A stretch of 63,808 bases of DNA, counting the filler, from Octopus bimaculoides (taxonomy: Eukaryota), in assembly GCF_001194135.2 (NCBI RefSeq). It is 3 parts of 3 records of this genome, joined end to end, with 100 filler letters (N's around TTAATTAATTAA, not from the genome) between each part and the next. Parts side by side here need not be neighbours in the genome. Positions count along the whole stretch, not along the records: positions 1 to 25,594 come from NC_069007.1; positions 25,695 to 55,357 come from NC_069001.1; 1 more part is not named here. One strand, written 5' to 3'. The notes beneath the pieces are model-generated. The model did not search any database. It was not told the origin of the DNA and saw nothing but the letters and a program-made list of their open reading frames with translations. The position numbers and the translations under genes were made by a program. Shown in pieces: positions 24,281 to 38,988 of the stretch (position 1 is the stretch's first letter; each line of letters opens with the position of its first letter).

Positions 24281-26102
24281 TGCTGTATGTATGTATATAT
24301 TTTATATATACAAATATGTGTGTTCATGCGTATGAATTCACACATTCCCATGTAAGTAGATATGGACATGTCCATACATCTAAGTACACACATACACAAC
24401 ACTTTGATCTTAACGAAAGATGTATCTGCATATATATTATGCAGATATATATATACTTTATGATTTGGCTTAGGCACAGAGATAGTAATGACTACTTGTT
24501 AGAATTTTTATGCTTTAGAAAGTAACACATTGGGCGAATATAGAGTGAAACATCAATTAACACATGACAAAAGAAGAGGAGTTGTGTAACGAGTGGGACT
24601 AGCATACAGCTGTTTCTGTTGAAAGAAGCTTTTAGTTAGAGATGAGTGCTTGTGCAACATCTTGTAGCTTCCTCAGAGCTGTATATATGTATATATATAT
24701 ATATATATATAGATAGATAGATTTATGTATATATATCGGCATATGTGCACATATACATACAATATATATATATGTATGTATATGTACACGTAAAAATGTG
24801 AATTTGATATATATATATATAATATTAGGTATCCAGAACAGTCTGTAAAATGGTTGGCGTTAGGAAGGGCATCCAGCTGTAGAAACCATGCCAAAGCAGA
24901 CAGCATATATATTAAATATATTATATATATTATATTTTATGTATATATTAAATTTTATGTATATCTATACATACACATAAGCACACGTATACACACACAT
25001 CTGAAAACAGACATATACACACATACAGAAAAATACCAAAATAGCAATATTTATACACACTCACAAATTTATACATATATACCCAGACGCATTCACATAT
25101 TTTTGTGTGTATATCTGTACGTACATATTCTTTCTTTTCATTGCTTTAAACATTCACACAGATTTATACATATTCTCCTTCTCTTTCACACACACGTCGA
25201 AAATTGAGATATAGTGCCGAGGAAAGAGATGACAATGGTTGATATTAATTGGCTCGAAACGTCCGTTTAAATAATAAATGACATGCATATATGCAAGCCA
25301 CTAATGTTCATCGTGGAAATGGCCCAACACTGTTGCACAGCAAATATTGCTATATAATGCCACTGCACCGAACCACACACACACACACATGCAGACGTTC
25401 GAGTCTTACATTCTTATAAGCCAACTAGGAGTCGGTATGCGGTCGCTTAATATGCTAGAAATAGCAGCCATTTATTATCCCTTCAATAATTGCAACTAAC
25501 CTACTTCTTCAAAAGAGAAGCAACTATCTACCAGAAATAGCAGTCGATATCCTCTTAAAATTCAACCTACTTCTTCAGTATATATATATATATANNNNNN
25601 NNNNNNNNNNNNNNNNNNNNNNNNNNNNNNNNNNNNNNTTAATTAATTAANNNNNNNNNNNNNNNNNNNNNNNNNNNNNNNNNNNNNNNNNNNNCATGCA
25701 CTATATATTTGATCTTCACTTTAACTTTATTATTATTATCATTATTATTATTATTATTATTTTTTCATTTGTCAAAGTTTTTTCATTTCACCTTTTGTGA
25801 CCACTTCAGTGACTTTCCGTCCCTTGTGTCTCCTCTTGTCTTGTCCATTCCGTGTTCTCTTTTGAATTATAGACAGGAACAGATTGCAAATTCAGACTGT
25901 CTGTATTTTAAAACAGAGTAAAAAAAATACCGAAAAATGTCTGAAATTTTAGGATTTATCAGGGTGCAGTGTGAAAAATTGAAACAAATTTCACTATTGT
26001 TTTATATTTCATTTTCTGTTCGAAAATAAAAGAAGTTTGTATTGCAATGGTGATCACTGATTTCCAATTTTTACCTTTTTTTTCTTAAACATTTAACAAA
26101 AA

Positions 26103-26525
26103 GGGTGCAGGAGTGACTGTGTGGTAAGTAGCTTGCTTACCAACCACATGGTTCCGGGTTCATTCCTATTGCATGACACCTTGGGCACATGTCTTCTACT
26201 ATAGCCTTGGGTCGACTAATGCCTTGTGAGTGGATTTGGTAGACGGAAACTGAAAGAAGCCCATCGTATATATGTATAAGTATATATACATATATATATA
26301 TATGTATAAAATGTGTGTGTGTGTGTGTTTGTGTGTCTGTGATTGTCCCTCCAACATCGCTTGACAACCGATGTTGGTGTGTTTACGTCCCTGTAACTTA
26401 GCGGTTCGGCAAAAGATCAATCGAATAAGTACTAGGCTTCCAAAGAATAAGTCCTAGGGTCAATATGCTCAACTAAAGGCGGTGCTCCAGCATGGCCGTA
26501 GTCAAATGACTGAAACAAGTAAAGT
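26103..26525 (+). mobile_element. SINE family A, full length, well preserved
   Basis: tRNA-like A/B boxes (tgactgtgtggt, ggttcattcc), ccttgggcaca core, internal microsatellite, 3' gtcaaatgactgaaacaagtaaa. Confidence 0.92.
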
Positions 26526-26539
26526 TGTATAAAAAAATA

Positions 26540-26769
26540 GTAATCCTTTTGTTACCATATTTCTGTTGACATGCTCTGTGCTTCTTTCAATTAATTTTAA
26601 ATATAACAAAGAATTCAGTAAAATAATTTCATCATCATTAAGCTAGTGTTAGGAACATAATTTATGACTGAGGTCTGGATGAAAATTTTAATTCAGAACT
26701 TATGAAAACAAAACATTTGTACTACAAGGCCAGAGGCGGTTTCAGTCGGGTTGGTATCAAAAGAGTTAA
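26540..26769. mobile_element. piggyBac-like MITE (family beta), complete
   Basis: TIRs taatccttttgttacca ... tggtatcaaaagagttaa. Confidence 0.75.
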
Positions 26770-27416
26770 GGCTTTTCCAATTGCTTTTAAGTGCATAGAG
26801 CAAAAAAAAAAAAAAAAAAAAANNNNNNNNNNNNNNNNNNNNNNNNNNNNNNNNNNNNNNNNNNNNNNNNNNNNNNNNNNNNNNNNNNNNNNNNNNNNNN
26901 NNNNNNNNNNNNNNNNNNNNNNNNNNNNNNNNNNNNNNNNNNNNNNNNNNNNNNNNNNNNNNNNNNNNNNNNNNNNNNNNNNNNNNNNNNNNNNNNNNNN
27001 NNNNNNNNNNNNNNNNNNNNNNNNNNNNNNNNNNNNNNNNNNNNNNNNNNNNNNNNNNNNNNNNNNNNNNNNNNNNNNNNNNNNNNNNNNNNNNNNNNNN
27101 NNNNNNNNNNNNNNNNNNNNNNNNNNNNNNNNNNNNNNNNNNNNNNNNNNNNNNNNNNNNNNNNNNNNNNNNNNNNNNNNNNNNNNNNNNNNNNNNNNNN
27201 NNNNNNNNNNNNNNNNNNNNNNNNNNNNNNNNNNNNNNNNAGAGAGAGAGAGACAGATATGTGTGTGTGTGTGTGTGTGTATGTGTGTGTGTGTGTGTGT
27301 ATACATATACATACATACACAAACACACACATATATGTGCACATCTATATACGTACATGTATATATGTATGTATCTGTGAGTGCATGTATATACATATAT
27401 ACATGTGTATATATAC

Positions 27417-27453
<37 letters not shown>

Positions 27454-28740
27454 TATACATATATGCATACATATACAGCTATACACACACACACACACAT
27501 ACTGTTAATATTTCATTTGATTTCCTTAGGGAGAATCCATAAATCTTTACCAAGATTTCAGACTTACAACATGTGGCATCCAATACTAACAGCAATGAAG
27601 AGTCCATTGTAGGAGAGATGTCTGCTGTGTTGTCACGGTTCAGTGATTACATTAAACTTTATTGCTGATCCATCAATGTTGATCGTTGCTTTCTCCTCTC
27701 TTGTTTCTGCATCACTTCAGAATTGGTTCAAACTGTTAATATGTCTTCTTCATCTCCGCAGTTGTCATAATTACCATTTGTGTTAGTATGGGTGGCGGCA
27801 ACATACTCAATCTCAGCCTCTTCATCATCATCATCATCACCACCATCATGATCTCTATCATTTTCCTCATCATCACCACTGCCTTCATCATCATCATCAC
27901 CACCACCTCCATCATCATCACCGTTGTCCTCCTCCTAATCATCATCATCATTAATGTGGTGAACTGGCAGAATTCTTAGCAAACCCGACAAAATGCTTAG
28001 AGGTATTTCTTTAACTTCTCAACAGTCCGATTTGAAATCTTGCCAAGGTCACCTTTGTCTTGCATTCTTCTGTGCTTGATTAAAAAAAGTACCATATGTG
28101 CATGGAGGCTGATGTAACTGAGTTCCTCCTACCCTCAAAATTGCTGGTCTTGTGTCAAAATTAGGAAAATATTATCATCAGCATTATCATTATTATTATT
28201 ATTATTATTATTTCTATTTTACTTCTCAGAGACCTTGATTTCACTTGCTCTGGTTAATCTGTTAATGTGAACATAAATCTATTGTCAAGGGTCTCACAGG
28301 GTCTTTTTCCATGATACTTAACATTCAAGTACCAATCTGAAAATCGTCATTGTCCCCAATAAAGTAATTTTCTGAGCATGTTCTTACCTCATGTCAATTA
28401 CATTGACCCCCCACTATTCATCTGATACTTATTTTATAGAACCAAAAGGGTGAAAGGCAAAATCTTGTGTGTACCAGCAGCCCAATCCGACACATAGAAA
28501 TCATATTCCATTTTGAGCCTCACTTGAAGCTAGAAACGTTTTTGTGAATGAAATATTTTTGGCTTTGAAGAGAGACACTATTCTTTGAGAATTGATGCTA
28601 GCTATCATATCCAAGTTGTCATTCTGTATATTCTAATGGCAACAAGAAATAATTGAAGGCGATGTGGCTACTATTTCTAGTAAAGTAGTGGTGATGAGGT
28701 GGGGGGGGGCAGACATAAAGACAAAGACACACAACACCTA

Positions 28741-28775
<35 letters not shown>

Positions 28776-28888
28776 NNNNNNNNNNNNNNNNNNNNNNNNN
28801 NNNNNNNNNNNNNNNNNNNNNNNNNNNNNNNNNNNNNNNNNNNNNNNNNNNNNNNNNNNNNNNNNNNNNNNNTATATATATAAAAATA

Positions 28889-29684
28889 CACTGGCCAAAA
28901 TAAGTTTACGACTGATGATGACAGTTCTATTCAGTCATTAATTTATTTTTAACAAAACTATATAAGATTATTTTACTTTTTATAGTTTATGTAGATTTTT
29001 TTCTCTTTCGAATGATATAGACATTACATATCTTTCTACAAGTTGAATAATTTTAATGCGCAATTAATTCAAATGATTGAAAATTGTCAGCAAAATAAGT
29101 TTAAGACCATACCAACATTATTTTGTTTAGATTGAAAATTTATGGCACAAATGATCAATGAACAAAAATTTATTATTAGTATCTAGTTCCATAGCCATTA
29201 TTTTCAATAATGGTCTTATAATGGCGGGACATGGAGTTCAACAAATGAGCACAAAAATCACTTGGAATGTTCTTCAGTATTTCTTCAATAAAATTATATA
29301 GTTGGGACAAATTTTTTTTAGCATGAACTCTTTTAGAAACATAATTCCATAAATTTTCGATCAGAATCAAATCCAGGCTCTGCGGGGGCCACTCAATAAC
29401 CACCATATTATTGCACTCAAAATATGGCAGAACTTTCCTAGCCTTATGAACGGGGCAACTGTCCTGCTGGAGAATAGATCCCGAAGGCATCTGATTATTT
29501 AAATATGGCAGCACATTTTCTTTTACTAATTGCAGATAGCCTACACTGTTCAGTCTGCAATCAGCTTTAACAATTGGACCAACACCTAAGCTGTTGAATG
29601 CAGCCCACACCATAACCCCACCCTCACTTCCTGATTGCGCCATTTTCTTGACACACTTAGGATGGAATTCTTCAGTTAGCCAAT
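28889..29684 (-). mobile_element. Tc1-family transposon, 3' half: DD34E transposase C-terminus plus one terminus
   Basis: VMVWAAF...QQDSCPVH...WPPQSLDLILIENLW...NNGYGTRY*; 34 residues counted between D and E; end TA/CACTGGCCAAAA at 28887-28900; 5' side lost at (TG)n. Confidence 0.9.
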
Positions 29685-29695
29685 GTGTGTATATA

Positions 29696-29732
<37 letters not shown>

Positions 29733-29749
29733 ATATTAGTATTATCACT

Positions 29750-30060
29750 GAAGGCATGTGGTTAGGATATTTGGCTCACAACTGAAAGGTCATGAGTTCA
29801 ATTCTCAGTGTTGCATTGTATTTTTGAGCAAGACACTTTGTTTACATTGCTCCGGTCCACTCAACTGGCAAAAATGAGTTGTACCTGTATTTCAAAAAGC
29901 CAGCCTTGTCACATTCCGTGTCACACACAATCTCACTGAGAACTAATTTGAGGGTACACATGCCTGTGGAGCACTCAGCCACTTGCACGTTAATTTCAGG
30001 AGAAGATTTTTTCCATTGATCAAACCAACTAGAACCTTTGCCATTGTAATCGACAGGGAG
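29750..30060 (+). mobile_element. SINE family C (tRNA-like head, ttgagcaagacacttt core)
   Basis: ggtcatgagttcaattc B box; ttgagcaagacactttgtttacattgctccggtccactcaactggcaaaaatgag; related to 45410-45715 and 30690-30840. Confidence 0.65.
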
Positions 30061-30511
30061 CCAGTTTTAGTATTATCATTTCACTAAAGCATATCAATAT
30101 TAATCATCTGGTGTTAGAACCGAAAATACATTCGCTTCAGGAAAAGCATCAGCTGAGTAGAAAGCAGTAATAAGAAAATATGTAAAGAAGAGAAAGATGA
30201 AGCTATGGGTTGATGCACAAGCATTCAACTATGAGTGGATTGCGTCTTATTGTAGGCAAAGCTGTAAGCTAATGAAATTCATGGTTTTTTTACTCCCTTG
30301 CCATTTACTTAATTTCTTATATATACAGTGATTCTAGTTTTTAGGATATAATAAAACAATAGAAACATTCAATAATAAATCTCTGAACGAGGTATAAACA
30401 GTAACTGCACGACAACGTAAGGGTTGATGCTACTGTAGCTTGTTGACTTGCAAGAATTGTAGTTGCTAGTTTAAATTGCATCACTTTTACCTTTTTTTTC
30501 TTGTCCATTTC

Positions 30512-30546
<35 letters not shown>

Positions 30547-30689
30547 GGTTTCTTGTAGTCTGAAAAAGACATTCCAGCAATTTCTTGCTGAACAACCTGC
30601 ACAAAGGATTTATGCATAATGATTAAATGTATGTGCTGTAGATTAGCTGCCTCTCTTCATCACACTGATGCTGCCTGAACAGGTGCATG

Positions 30690-30840
30690 GTGTGTCACGC
30701 ATCAGGTGCTGAAGTAACCAAAGAGCAATGCAAGATGAAGGGTTTTGCTCAAGAAGACAATGCACCACTTGGTCTAGGAACTGAAACCACAATCTTGCAA
30801 TCATGAGTGCAAGGCCCTAACCACTTGGCTATGTACCCTC
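30690..30840 (-). mobile_element. SINE family C-related 5' part
   Basis: Reverse complement agccaagtggttagggccttgcactcatgattgcaagattgtggtttcagttcc...tcttgagcaaaacc. Confidence 0.65.
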
Positions 30841-30859
30841 ACTCTTTTACTCAAGTAAA

Positions 30860-31170
30860 ACGACCCCAGGACTTATTCTTTGTAAGCCTAGTACTTATTC
30901 TATCGGTCTCTTTTTGATGAACTGCTAAGTGAAGGGGACATAAACACATGAGCATCGTTTGTCAAGAAATGCTAGGGGGACAAACACAGACACACAAACA
31001 TACACACACATACATATATACGATGGGCTTCTTTCAGTTTCTGTCTACCAAATCCACTCACAAGGCTTTGGTCAACCTGAGGCTATAGTAGAAGATACTT
31101 GCCCAGTGGGACTGAACCCGGAACCATGTGGTTGGTAAGTAAGCTACTTACCACACAGCCACTCCTATGC
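30860..31170 (-). mobile_element. SINE family A, well preserved
   Basis: Reverse complement gagtggctgtgtggtaagtagcttgcttaccaaccacatggttccgggttcagtcccac... Confidence 0.9.
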
Positions 31171-31374
31171 CTATGTTCACTGTTCATTTCATAATGTCAG
31201 GTTATCCCATATTTACTTACTGTTTCATCTACCTTTGTATATTCAGCTGTATTTAAATGGACAAATAGATTAAACCTCAAGTTGCAAACTTGTGGACTGT
31301 TGATTCATATCATACAGCAGGTATTGTGTTTCCAAACAAAGAATTAGGCTCAAGGAATATTGCTTTCAAATTTT

Positions 31375-31640
31375 GGCATAAGGCTAGCAGTTTTGCAGGT
31401 GGATCTATGTTGATTACATTGACCCCAGTGTTCAACTGGTACTTATTTTATCAACTCTGAAGAAAGGCAAAGTGAACCTCAGCAGAATTTAAACTCAAAA
31501 AATTAAAGGTGGACGAAGTACTGCTAAGCATTTTGACCCTGAAATGATGAAAGGCAAAGACAATCTTGGCGGAATTTGAATTCAGAATGTAAAAACATGA
31601 GATAACGCTAAGCATTTTCCTTGGTTTGCCAATAATTCTG
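31375..31640 (-). mobile_element. SINE family B with internal partial duplication
   Basis: gaaaggcaaag...ggcggaatttgaa(c/t)tcag occurs twice (31470-31500 and 31550-31590). Confidence 0.7.
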
Positions 31641-32368
31641 ACAGCTCAATACCTTAGGCCCAGGAAATAGCATTGTTGCGCAACACTAGACCAGTCCAGC
31701 TACCACAGTCATTTGATCAAAGATGCTCCAATCAGGACCATCCTATCTTTTTCAGAAATATGTAAGAGATTTAGCTGCTATGTCTAACATGTTGAGTAAC
31801 TATATAGACGCAATATCGTGCTTCATTGATTTTGCTAGAAACAGTAGCTAACCCCTCTTTAAATCATACAGTCCCATCATGAAATGAAGAAGAACCCAGC
31901 GTAATGTATGCTTAGAAAACCAAGACAGCAACATCATGGCTGGAATATATTATAGACCTGCATGCTCAGGGCTTTCTTGGGGCTAAAAAAAAAACAATAG
32001 TAATAACATGAATAGACTTAAATCTTCATAAAATACCTGTTAATGTAGCAAGTTGACATTTTCAAAAGTACTTTTGGCTTGAAAGAAGGAGAATAAGCAA
32101 CACTTATCATCATAAATAGAAACACTGACGCATACACTCATATATATATATACACACATGACCACATACACACACATGAATATAATCATGAACAAACAAG
32201 TAATAAAAGGAACATATAAGAATAAATGAGAGAAATAAATGGAATTTTCCAGAAGAATTCACTCCATTTCCATTGAGCCAGTGACATATATAAATTTCAT
32301 TAGACTTATCAGAACAGAGTACAACTTTATCAATAAATAACTTTCTATACGAAAATAATAAAAATTAT

Positions 32369-32600
32369 ACACACATACATATAGATTATTTATGTAAGTG
32401 TGTGTGTACATATATATATGTATATGTATATAAATATATATAACTGTATATGCACACACACATATATGTATGTCTACATATACACACATACATATAGATT
32501 ATTTATGTAAGTGTGTGTGTACATATATATATGTATGTATATAAATATATATAACTGTATATGCATACACACACATATGTATGTCTACATATACACACAC
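32369..32600. repeat. Tandem duplication of about 113 bp, low complexity
   Basis: acacatacatatagattatttatgtaagtgtgtg...atgtctacatatacac appears twice (32371, 32484). Confidence 0.85.
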
Positions 32601-33099
32601 ACATATAACCCTCCCCCATGTATATAAATACTTACACAAACACACACACACATATATAAATTATATATATATAGATATATACATGCATATACTTATATGT
32701 GTGTATCTAAATACGTGCACATATGTGTGTTTGCGTATTAAACAATGGTGAGAAAAAAACTGTTCCAGTTATTTATACCAACATTAAAACAATAAAAACG
32801 ACAACGACGGTAACAGGATGATACATTAACGAAATTTCTATTAATCATCAATAGAAAATATGCATGAGGAACTGTATATGTATGTATGTGTGTGTGTGTG
32901 TGTGTGTACGTATATATGTGTGTGTGTGTGTGCACACATATATATATGTATGTATTCATGTAAATAACATCATAACTATAAATCTTGTATTTATGTCTGT
33001 ATATCTATCTATCCATCTATCTATCTATCAATCTCTCTCTACATATATATATACATGCATACATAAAGATAGCTATATATATTATTGAATATATACAAA

Positions 33100-33134
<35 letters not shown>

Positions 33135-34457
33135 NNNNNNNNNNNNNNNNNNNNNNNNNNNNNNNNNNNNNNNNNNNNNNNNNNNNNNNNNNNNNNNNNN
33201 NNNNNNNNNNNNNNNNNNNNNNNNNNNNNNNNNNNNNNNNNNNNNNNNNNNNNNNNNNNNNNNNNNNNNNNNNNNNNNNNNNNNNNNNNNNNNNNNNNNN
33301 NNNNNNNNNNNNNNNNNNNNNNNNNNNNNNNNNNNNNNNNNNNNNNNNNNNNNNNNNNNNNNNNNNNNNNNNNNNNNNNNNNNNNNNNNNNNNNNNNNNN
33401 NNNNNNNNNNNNNNNNNNNNNNNNNNNNNNNNNNNNNNNNNNNNNNNNNNNNNNNNNNNNNNNNNNNNNNNNNNNNNNNNNNNNNNNNNNNNNNNNNNNN
33501 NNNNNNNNNNNNNNNNNNNNNNNNNNNNNNNNNNNNNNNNNNNNNNNNNNNNNNNNNNNNNNNNNNNNNNNNNNNNNNNNNNNNNNNNNNNNNNNNNNNN
33601 NNNNNNNNNNNNNNNNNNNNNNNNNNNNNNNNNNNNNNNNNNNNNNNNNNNNNNNNNNNNNNNNNNNNNNNNNNNNNNNNNNNNNNNNNNNNNNNNNNNN
33701 NNNNNNNNNNNNNNNNNNNNNNNNNNNNNNNNNNNNNNNNNNNNNNNNNNNNNNNNNNNNNNNNNNNNNNNNNNNNNNNNNNNNNNNNNNNNNNNNNNNN
33801 NNNNNNNNNNNNNNNNNNNNNNNNNNNNNNNNNNNNNNNNNNNNNNNNNNNNNNNNNNNNNNNNNNNNNNNNNNNNNNNNNNNNNNNNNNNNNNNNNNNN
33901 NNNNNNNNNNNNNNNNNNNNNNNNNNNNNNNNNNNNNNNNNNNNNNNNNNNNNNNNNNNNNNNNNNNNNNNNNNNNNNNNNNNNNNNNNGGGGGTAGTCA
34001 GAATTTTGGATAATTGTTTATGTAGTGCTTCTGCCTCGTTTGGGAGAATCATCTGAAATGATCATTCACAGAAATGAGAAGACACTAAATAAATGATTAT
34101 TCAAAATTCTGACTACCTCCTTTTTCTTGATAAATAAAATGTGTTCGCTACTTCAAACGATACATACATACCTACCTACCTACCTACCTACCTACATACA
34201 TACATACGTACGTACATACGTACGTACATATATACATACATACATGCATATATACATAAATACATATATACTTACATACATACATACATACATACATACA
34301 TTGTCTGAAGAAATGAATGCATGAACGAAGACCCACCTGATGTCCATGGTTATTACAGAATGCTATAGTCACAAAAAGCATGTGATTTGTGGAAACATGC
34401 ATAACGATACATTAAAATATTTAATGTAACTCCATCCATGGATTATTATTATTATTA

Positions 34458-34533
<76 letters not shown>

Positions 34534-34595
34534 AACATACAAGCATACATACATACATACATATACACGTGTGCTTGTGTGTGTGTATATATCAT

Positions 34596-35545
34596 TATCA
34601 TCCTTTAACATCTGTTTCCCATGCTGGCATGGGTTGGATGGTTTGACAGGAGCTGTCCAGCTGGTAGGCTGCCCAGATTCTATGTCTGTTTTGGGCCTGG
34701 TTTCTACAGCTGGATGCCCTTCCTAATGCCAACCACTTTACAGAGTGTATTGGGTGACTTTGCACTGCACTGGCATGAATGTGTTTACATGGCACTGGTA
34801 AGGGGTACTTTTTATGTAGCGCCAGCACCCACAAGCCCACAAGATTAGGAATGCTCAGCTGGAATGGGATTCAAGGGACATGCCTGTATGCAAAGACAAA
34901 CATGCTTTTAATTAGCTTAACATGTCTTTTCAAGCACAGCAATCCAGTTCCCAGTCATCCTCTCTGTGAGTCCCTGCGTCTGTAGATCCTTTCCCATCAC
35001 TTTGTCCCATGTCATTCTGGGTCTGCCCCTTCCACATGTCTCCTCTACAATTAGAGATGGCACATCTTGATGCAACTGTCTTTATTCATACATATTTCAT
35101 GACTACACCAGTGCAATCTTCTCTCTTGTACACTACATCAGATGCTACATACACCCAGTTTTTCTCTCAAATCACTTATACACTGTTATGTATGCACACT
35201 GATTTTACCCATCGCATGGAGAATACTGGCTTCATTTCTTTCAAGCCTTCACTTATCCTCAGTAGTCACAGCCCATGTCTCACTGCCATGTATCATAGCT
35301 CTTCATACACATGTATCATACATTCTACCTTTCACTGTGAGGGAGAGACCCTTCGTTACTAATAGAGGTAGTAGCTCTCTAAACTTTGCCTTGCCTATTC
35401 TTATTCCAGCAACTATACTTCCAACGTAACCATCCCCACTATTATCTTGGTCACCTAAGCAATGAAACCCATCCTGGTGTTTCATGTACTTGCACATCTG
35501 TCACATGTAAAAACTACTTTCTCTGTTAGTCTCCCAGTGATACTG
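34596..35545 (-). pseudogene. RTE-clade LINE 3' fragment: decayed ORF C-terminus plus complete 3' UTR
   Basis: GIRIGKAKFRELLPLLVTKGLSLTVKGRMYDTCV*RAMIHGSETWAV...VQERRLHW, continuous with the UTR ending catgggaaacagatgttaaaggatga. Confidence 0.9.
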
Positions 35546-36422
35546 TTGCACCTCTTATGTGTCCTATAGCTTGCGCTGGGCACACCTTACAGAATTTCTC
35601 CCNNNNNNNNNNNNNNNNNNNNNNNNNNNNNNNNNNNNNNNNNNNNNNNNNNNNNNNNNNNNNNNNNNNNNNNNNNNNNNNNNNNNNNNNNNNNNNNNNN
35701 NNNNNNNNNNNNNNNNNNNNNNNNNNNNNNNNNNNNNNNNNNNNNNNNNNNNNNNNNNNNNNNNNNNNNNNNNNNNNNNNNNNNNNNNNNNNNNNNNNNN
35801 NNNNNNNNNNNNNNNNNNNNNNNNNNNNNNNNNNNNNNNNNNNNNNNNNNNNNNNNNNNNNNNNNAGAATAAGAAATAGAAAGTCCTCTGAACAATATTA
35901 TATATTTGAAAAAAATGATAGAAATGGCTTTTCTGATAATTTTGCAACTTTAATAATTAGATGTTTATAACTTATAAACATTTAGTTATTAAAGTGGAAA
36001 AATTATCAAAAAAGCCATTTCTATTAATTCTTTTAAGCATATATATATATATATATATATATGCATATGTATCTGTATATGGGCAATGTGAAAATTAAAA
36101 GCAACAAAACAATTAGCTTCACTCATTAGGCTATGGCCATAATGGGGAAAATTCTGGGAGTTTTAATCAAATGAATCAACCTCAAAACTTATTTTAAGGC
36201 TTGGTTCTATCAGGTTCTTTGTGTTAAAGAAGGAGCTTGCTACAGAAGCACGTGATCCTTGGCTAAGATTAGGATTAGCCATTGTAATTTGAGGCCAGAA
36301 AGAGATCTTGAAATACCGAAAAGTACTAAAATCTCAGTATCTGAATGGTAAGTAAGATGCTGTATGTACATTCTGATGTTGTAAGAAGAGGTGTTACAAA
36401 AAATGCAAAAATCTTAAACATA

Positions 36423-36583
36423 GGCGCAGGCGTGGCTGTGTGGTAAGAAGCTTGCTTCCCAACCACATGTCTCCGAGTTCAGTCTCACTATGTAGTACCT
36501 TGGGCAAGTATCTCCTACTACAACCTTGGGCTGACCAAAGCTTTGAGAGTGAATTTGGTAGACAGAAATTGAAAGAAGCCCTT

Positions 36584-36623
<40 letters not shown>

Positions 36624-36835
36624 TGTATGTATGTGTTTGTAACCCCCACCACTTCTTGACACCGGTATTGGCATATTTACATCCTTGTAACTTAGCAGTT
36701 TGGTAAAATAGACCAATAGAATAAGTACCAGGCTTTAAATATATAAGTACTGACTGATTTATTAGACTAAAAATTGTTTAAGGTGGTGCCCCAGCATGGC
36801 CACAGTCTTATGACTGAAACAAGTAAAAGATAAAA
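36423..36835 (+). mobile_element. SINE family A, full length
   Basis: ggcgcaggcgtggctgtgtggtaagaagcttgcttccc...(CA)n...ccccagcatggccacagtcttatgactgaaacaag. Confidence 0.92.
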
Positions 36836-36849
36836 GATAATATATATGC

Positions 36850-37035
36850 ATGTGTGTGTGTGTGCGTGCTTACCCCTCACCACCGCTTGACAGCCTGTGT
36901 TGGCGTGTTAACGTCCCTGTATCTTATTGGTTCTGCAATAGGGACCGATAGAATAAATATCAGGGTCGATTCATTCGAATAACAATTCTTCAAGGCGGTG
37001 CCCCAGCATGGCCGCACTTTAATAACTGAAACAAC
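36850..37035 (+). mobile_element. SINE family A, extra 3' half in tandem
   Basis: (TG)n then cgcttgacagcctgtgttggc...ccccagcatggccgcac. Confidence 0.8.
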
Positions 37036-37558
37036 AATTAATATATAAGCATATATACAAAAAAGAAGGTGTATTAAATCACTTCAGCAAGAGCAACTTC
37101 AACGTAAATGCAGATGAAACCAGCTCCCCATCACTAATCCCATACATTTAACAATAACTGAAGGGATACAACTGAACCTTTTAAATTATCCAAAGGGGCA
37201 ACTGAACTAGCAAATGTTACCAAAGAGGAAGCTGATACAATAAATAAATAACAAACAAATCTGCTATAAGTACAAGGCCAACAGTTTTGGTGGTGGTGGT
37301 GGTGGGAGCTTGTCGATTACATGGATCTGAGTGCTCAAATGATATTTATTTTATCGGCTCTGAAAGGTTGAAAAGTAAAGTTGACCATTTTGTCTGGTGT
37401 AGGACCGATTCTTCTAGCTCACCACCTTAAGTAAATAAATAAATAAATCGATAAAGAACAACAAATTCATTTTCGATTGCTTGGTCGAACATTCTAGAAA
37501 AGAATACGCAAAGGAAACACATGCCAAGCAAATTTGTCAAGTAAATCATTATAAATTA

Positions 37559-37579
<21 letters not shown>

Positions 37580-37593
<14 letters not shown>

Positions 37594-38891
37594 AGATGGA
37601 AATGACATTAAATTCTTAAGGGCAAAGGACTGGAATTTACTCCCCAGATGGCCATCATGAATTAGCAGGAGACGTACAAACATTTTTGTCGGAAATTGAA
37701 ATTTGTTGAAACTTTTGCCGACAAAAATGATGATGAGAAGGAAGAGGAGATGGAGGATGCTGGTGTTAACAATGATGAAGATGGATGACAATAATGATAA
37801 ATCCTTACTTGAGAACAAACCGAATTTCTTTATCACTTGACCGCAATACTAACAGTGCGTCTAATTTCTAAATGATACCTAAAATTGTGAAACAAAATTT
37901 AACCAGAGGTGAAATGTCGATCACCAACCGACGACAGGAAGATGAGACAAATCAGGCAGATAAAGGCGGAGTTATTGTACTATTGTGATAATGAATGTGG
38001 AACGCTACAGGAGTCTCGTAGAAGAACAATTAAATAACCACACATTTTATTCAGAAATTCTGATCAACATTGATCATCTTATAATGTGATAATTCAATGA
38101 TCTATCACTGAAACATCCATCAGCGACAACAGATAGAGAATGACTCAGTCTGACCGTGTTTAAAAGAAAAACCAGGAACCTTTACGGTCCCTTGAAAATA
38201 TACAATTCAAAGGAAATTGAAGATGCAGTGCAGAAACAAAACACCAAATACATCAAAATAGAAAATCCGATAGATCTGAAAATAAGACTTATAATAGTCG
38301 GCCCAGCTTGTTCTATTTATTGTCTAAGTAATTTAATTGACATCATTTTGAAATCGCTGTGTTTCTTTATGCCACATTAAATCCATGACAGCATTGATTT
38401 TCTGCCGCATCTTTCAGCTACAATAGATATAAAAGTTCTCCATATAAATTTCGGTTAACTAGATTTATACAGGCATACCCCATGATTTAGGCATTGCTGA
38501 TTGAAAGTACTGGATGAAAAACATGGGGTATCAATTCTTAATGTATTATTATTACTCGATTGTTAGTTTGAATTGCATTACGATTTCTCTTGAAAACAAC
38601 TCATACTGTTTCGATGGAAATATTGTGATCCAGCCTAGAGAAACATGAACATAAAATTTGCACCTACTTAAGTGGTACCAAAAAGTAGAAACCAAAATCA
38701 ATTTGGATTTTGTTTGACTTTGAATTGTCATGGAAACTCAAATGAATGCTTTATTATATGAACAAAATCTATTCGAAGTGACAGTTCAGTCACATTTCGT
38801 GTAACCTTGGGCGGGTAAGTGTCTTCTATAGTTCCGGATCAACCAAAGCGTTGTCAATGGATTTGGTAGATAGAAACTGAAAGAAACCCGT

Positions 38892-38988
<97 letters not shown>

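Noticed and set aside
25639-25650. TTAATTAATTAA island between N runs (also 55402-55413)
   Set aside because: The identical 12-mer flanked by about 40 Ns on each side at two places, with stops in all frames, looks like a scaffolding linker rather than genomic sequence.
26103-26180. tRNA-gene-like A/B boxes at SINE heads
   Set aside because: No complete cloverleaf; they are the tRNA-derived heads of SINE families A, B and C.
27530-27730. Unique stretch with a plus-strand acceptor and a minus-strand GTAAGT
   Set aside because: Every frame joining plausible splice sites contains a stop; no recognisable domain.
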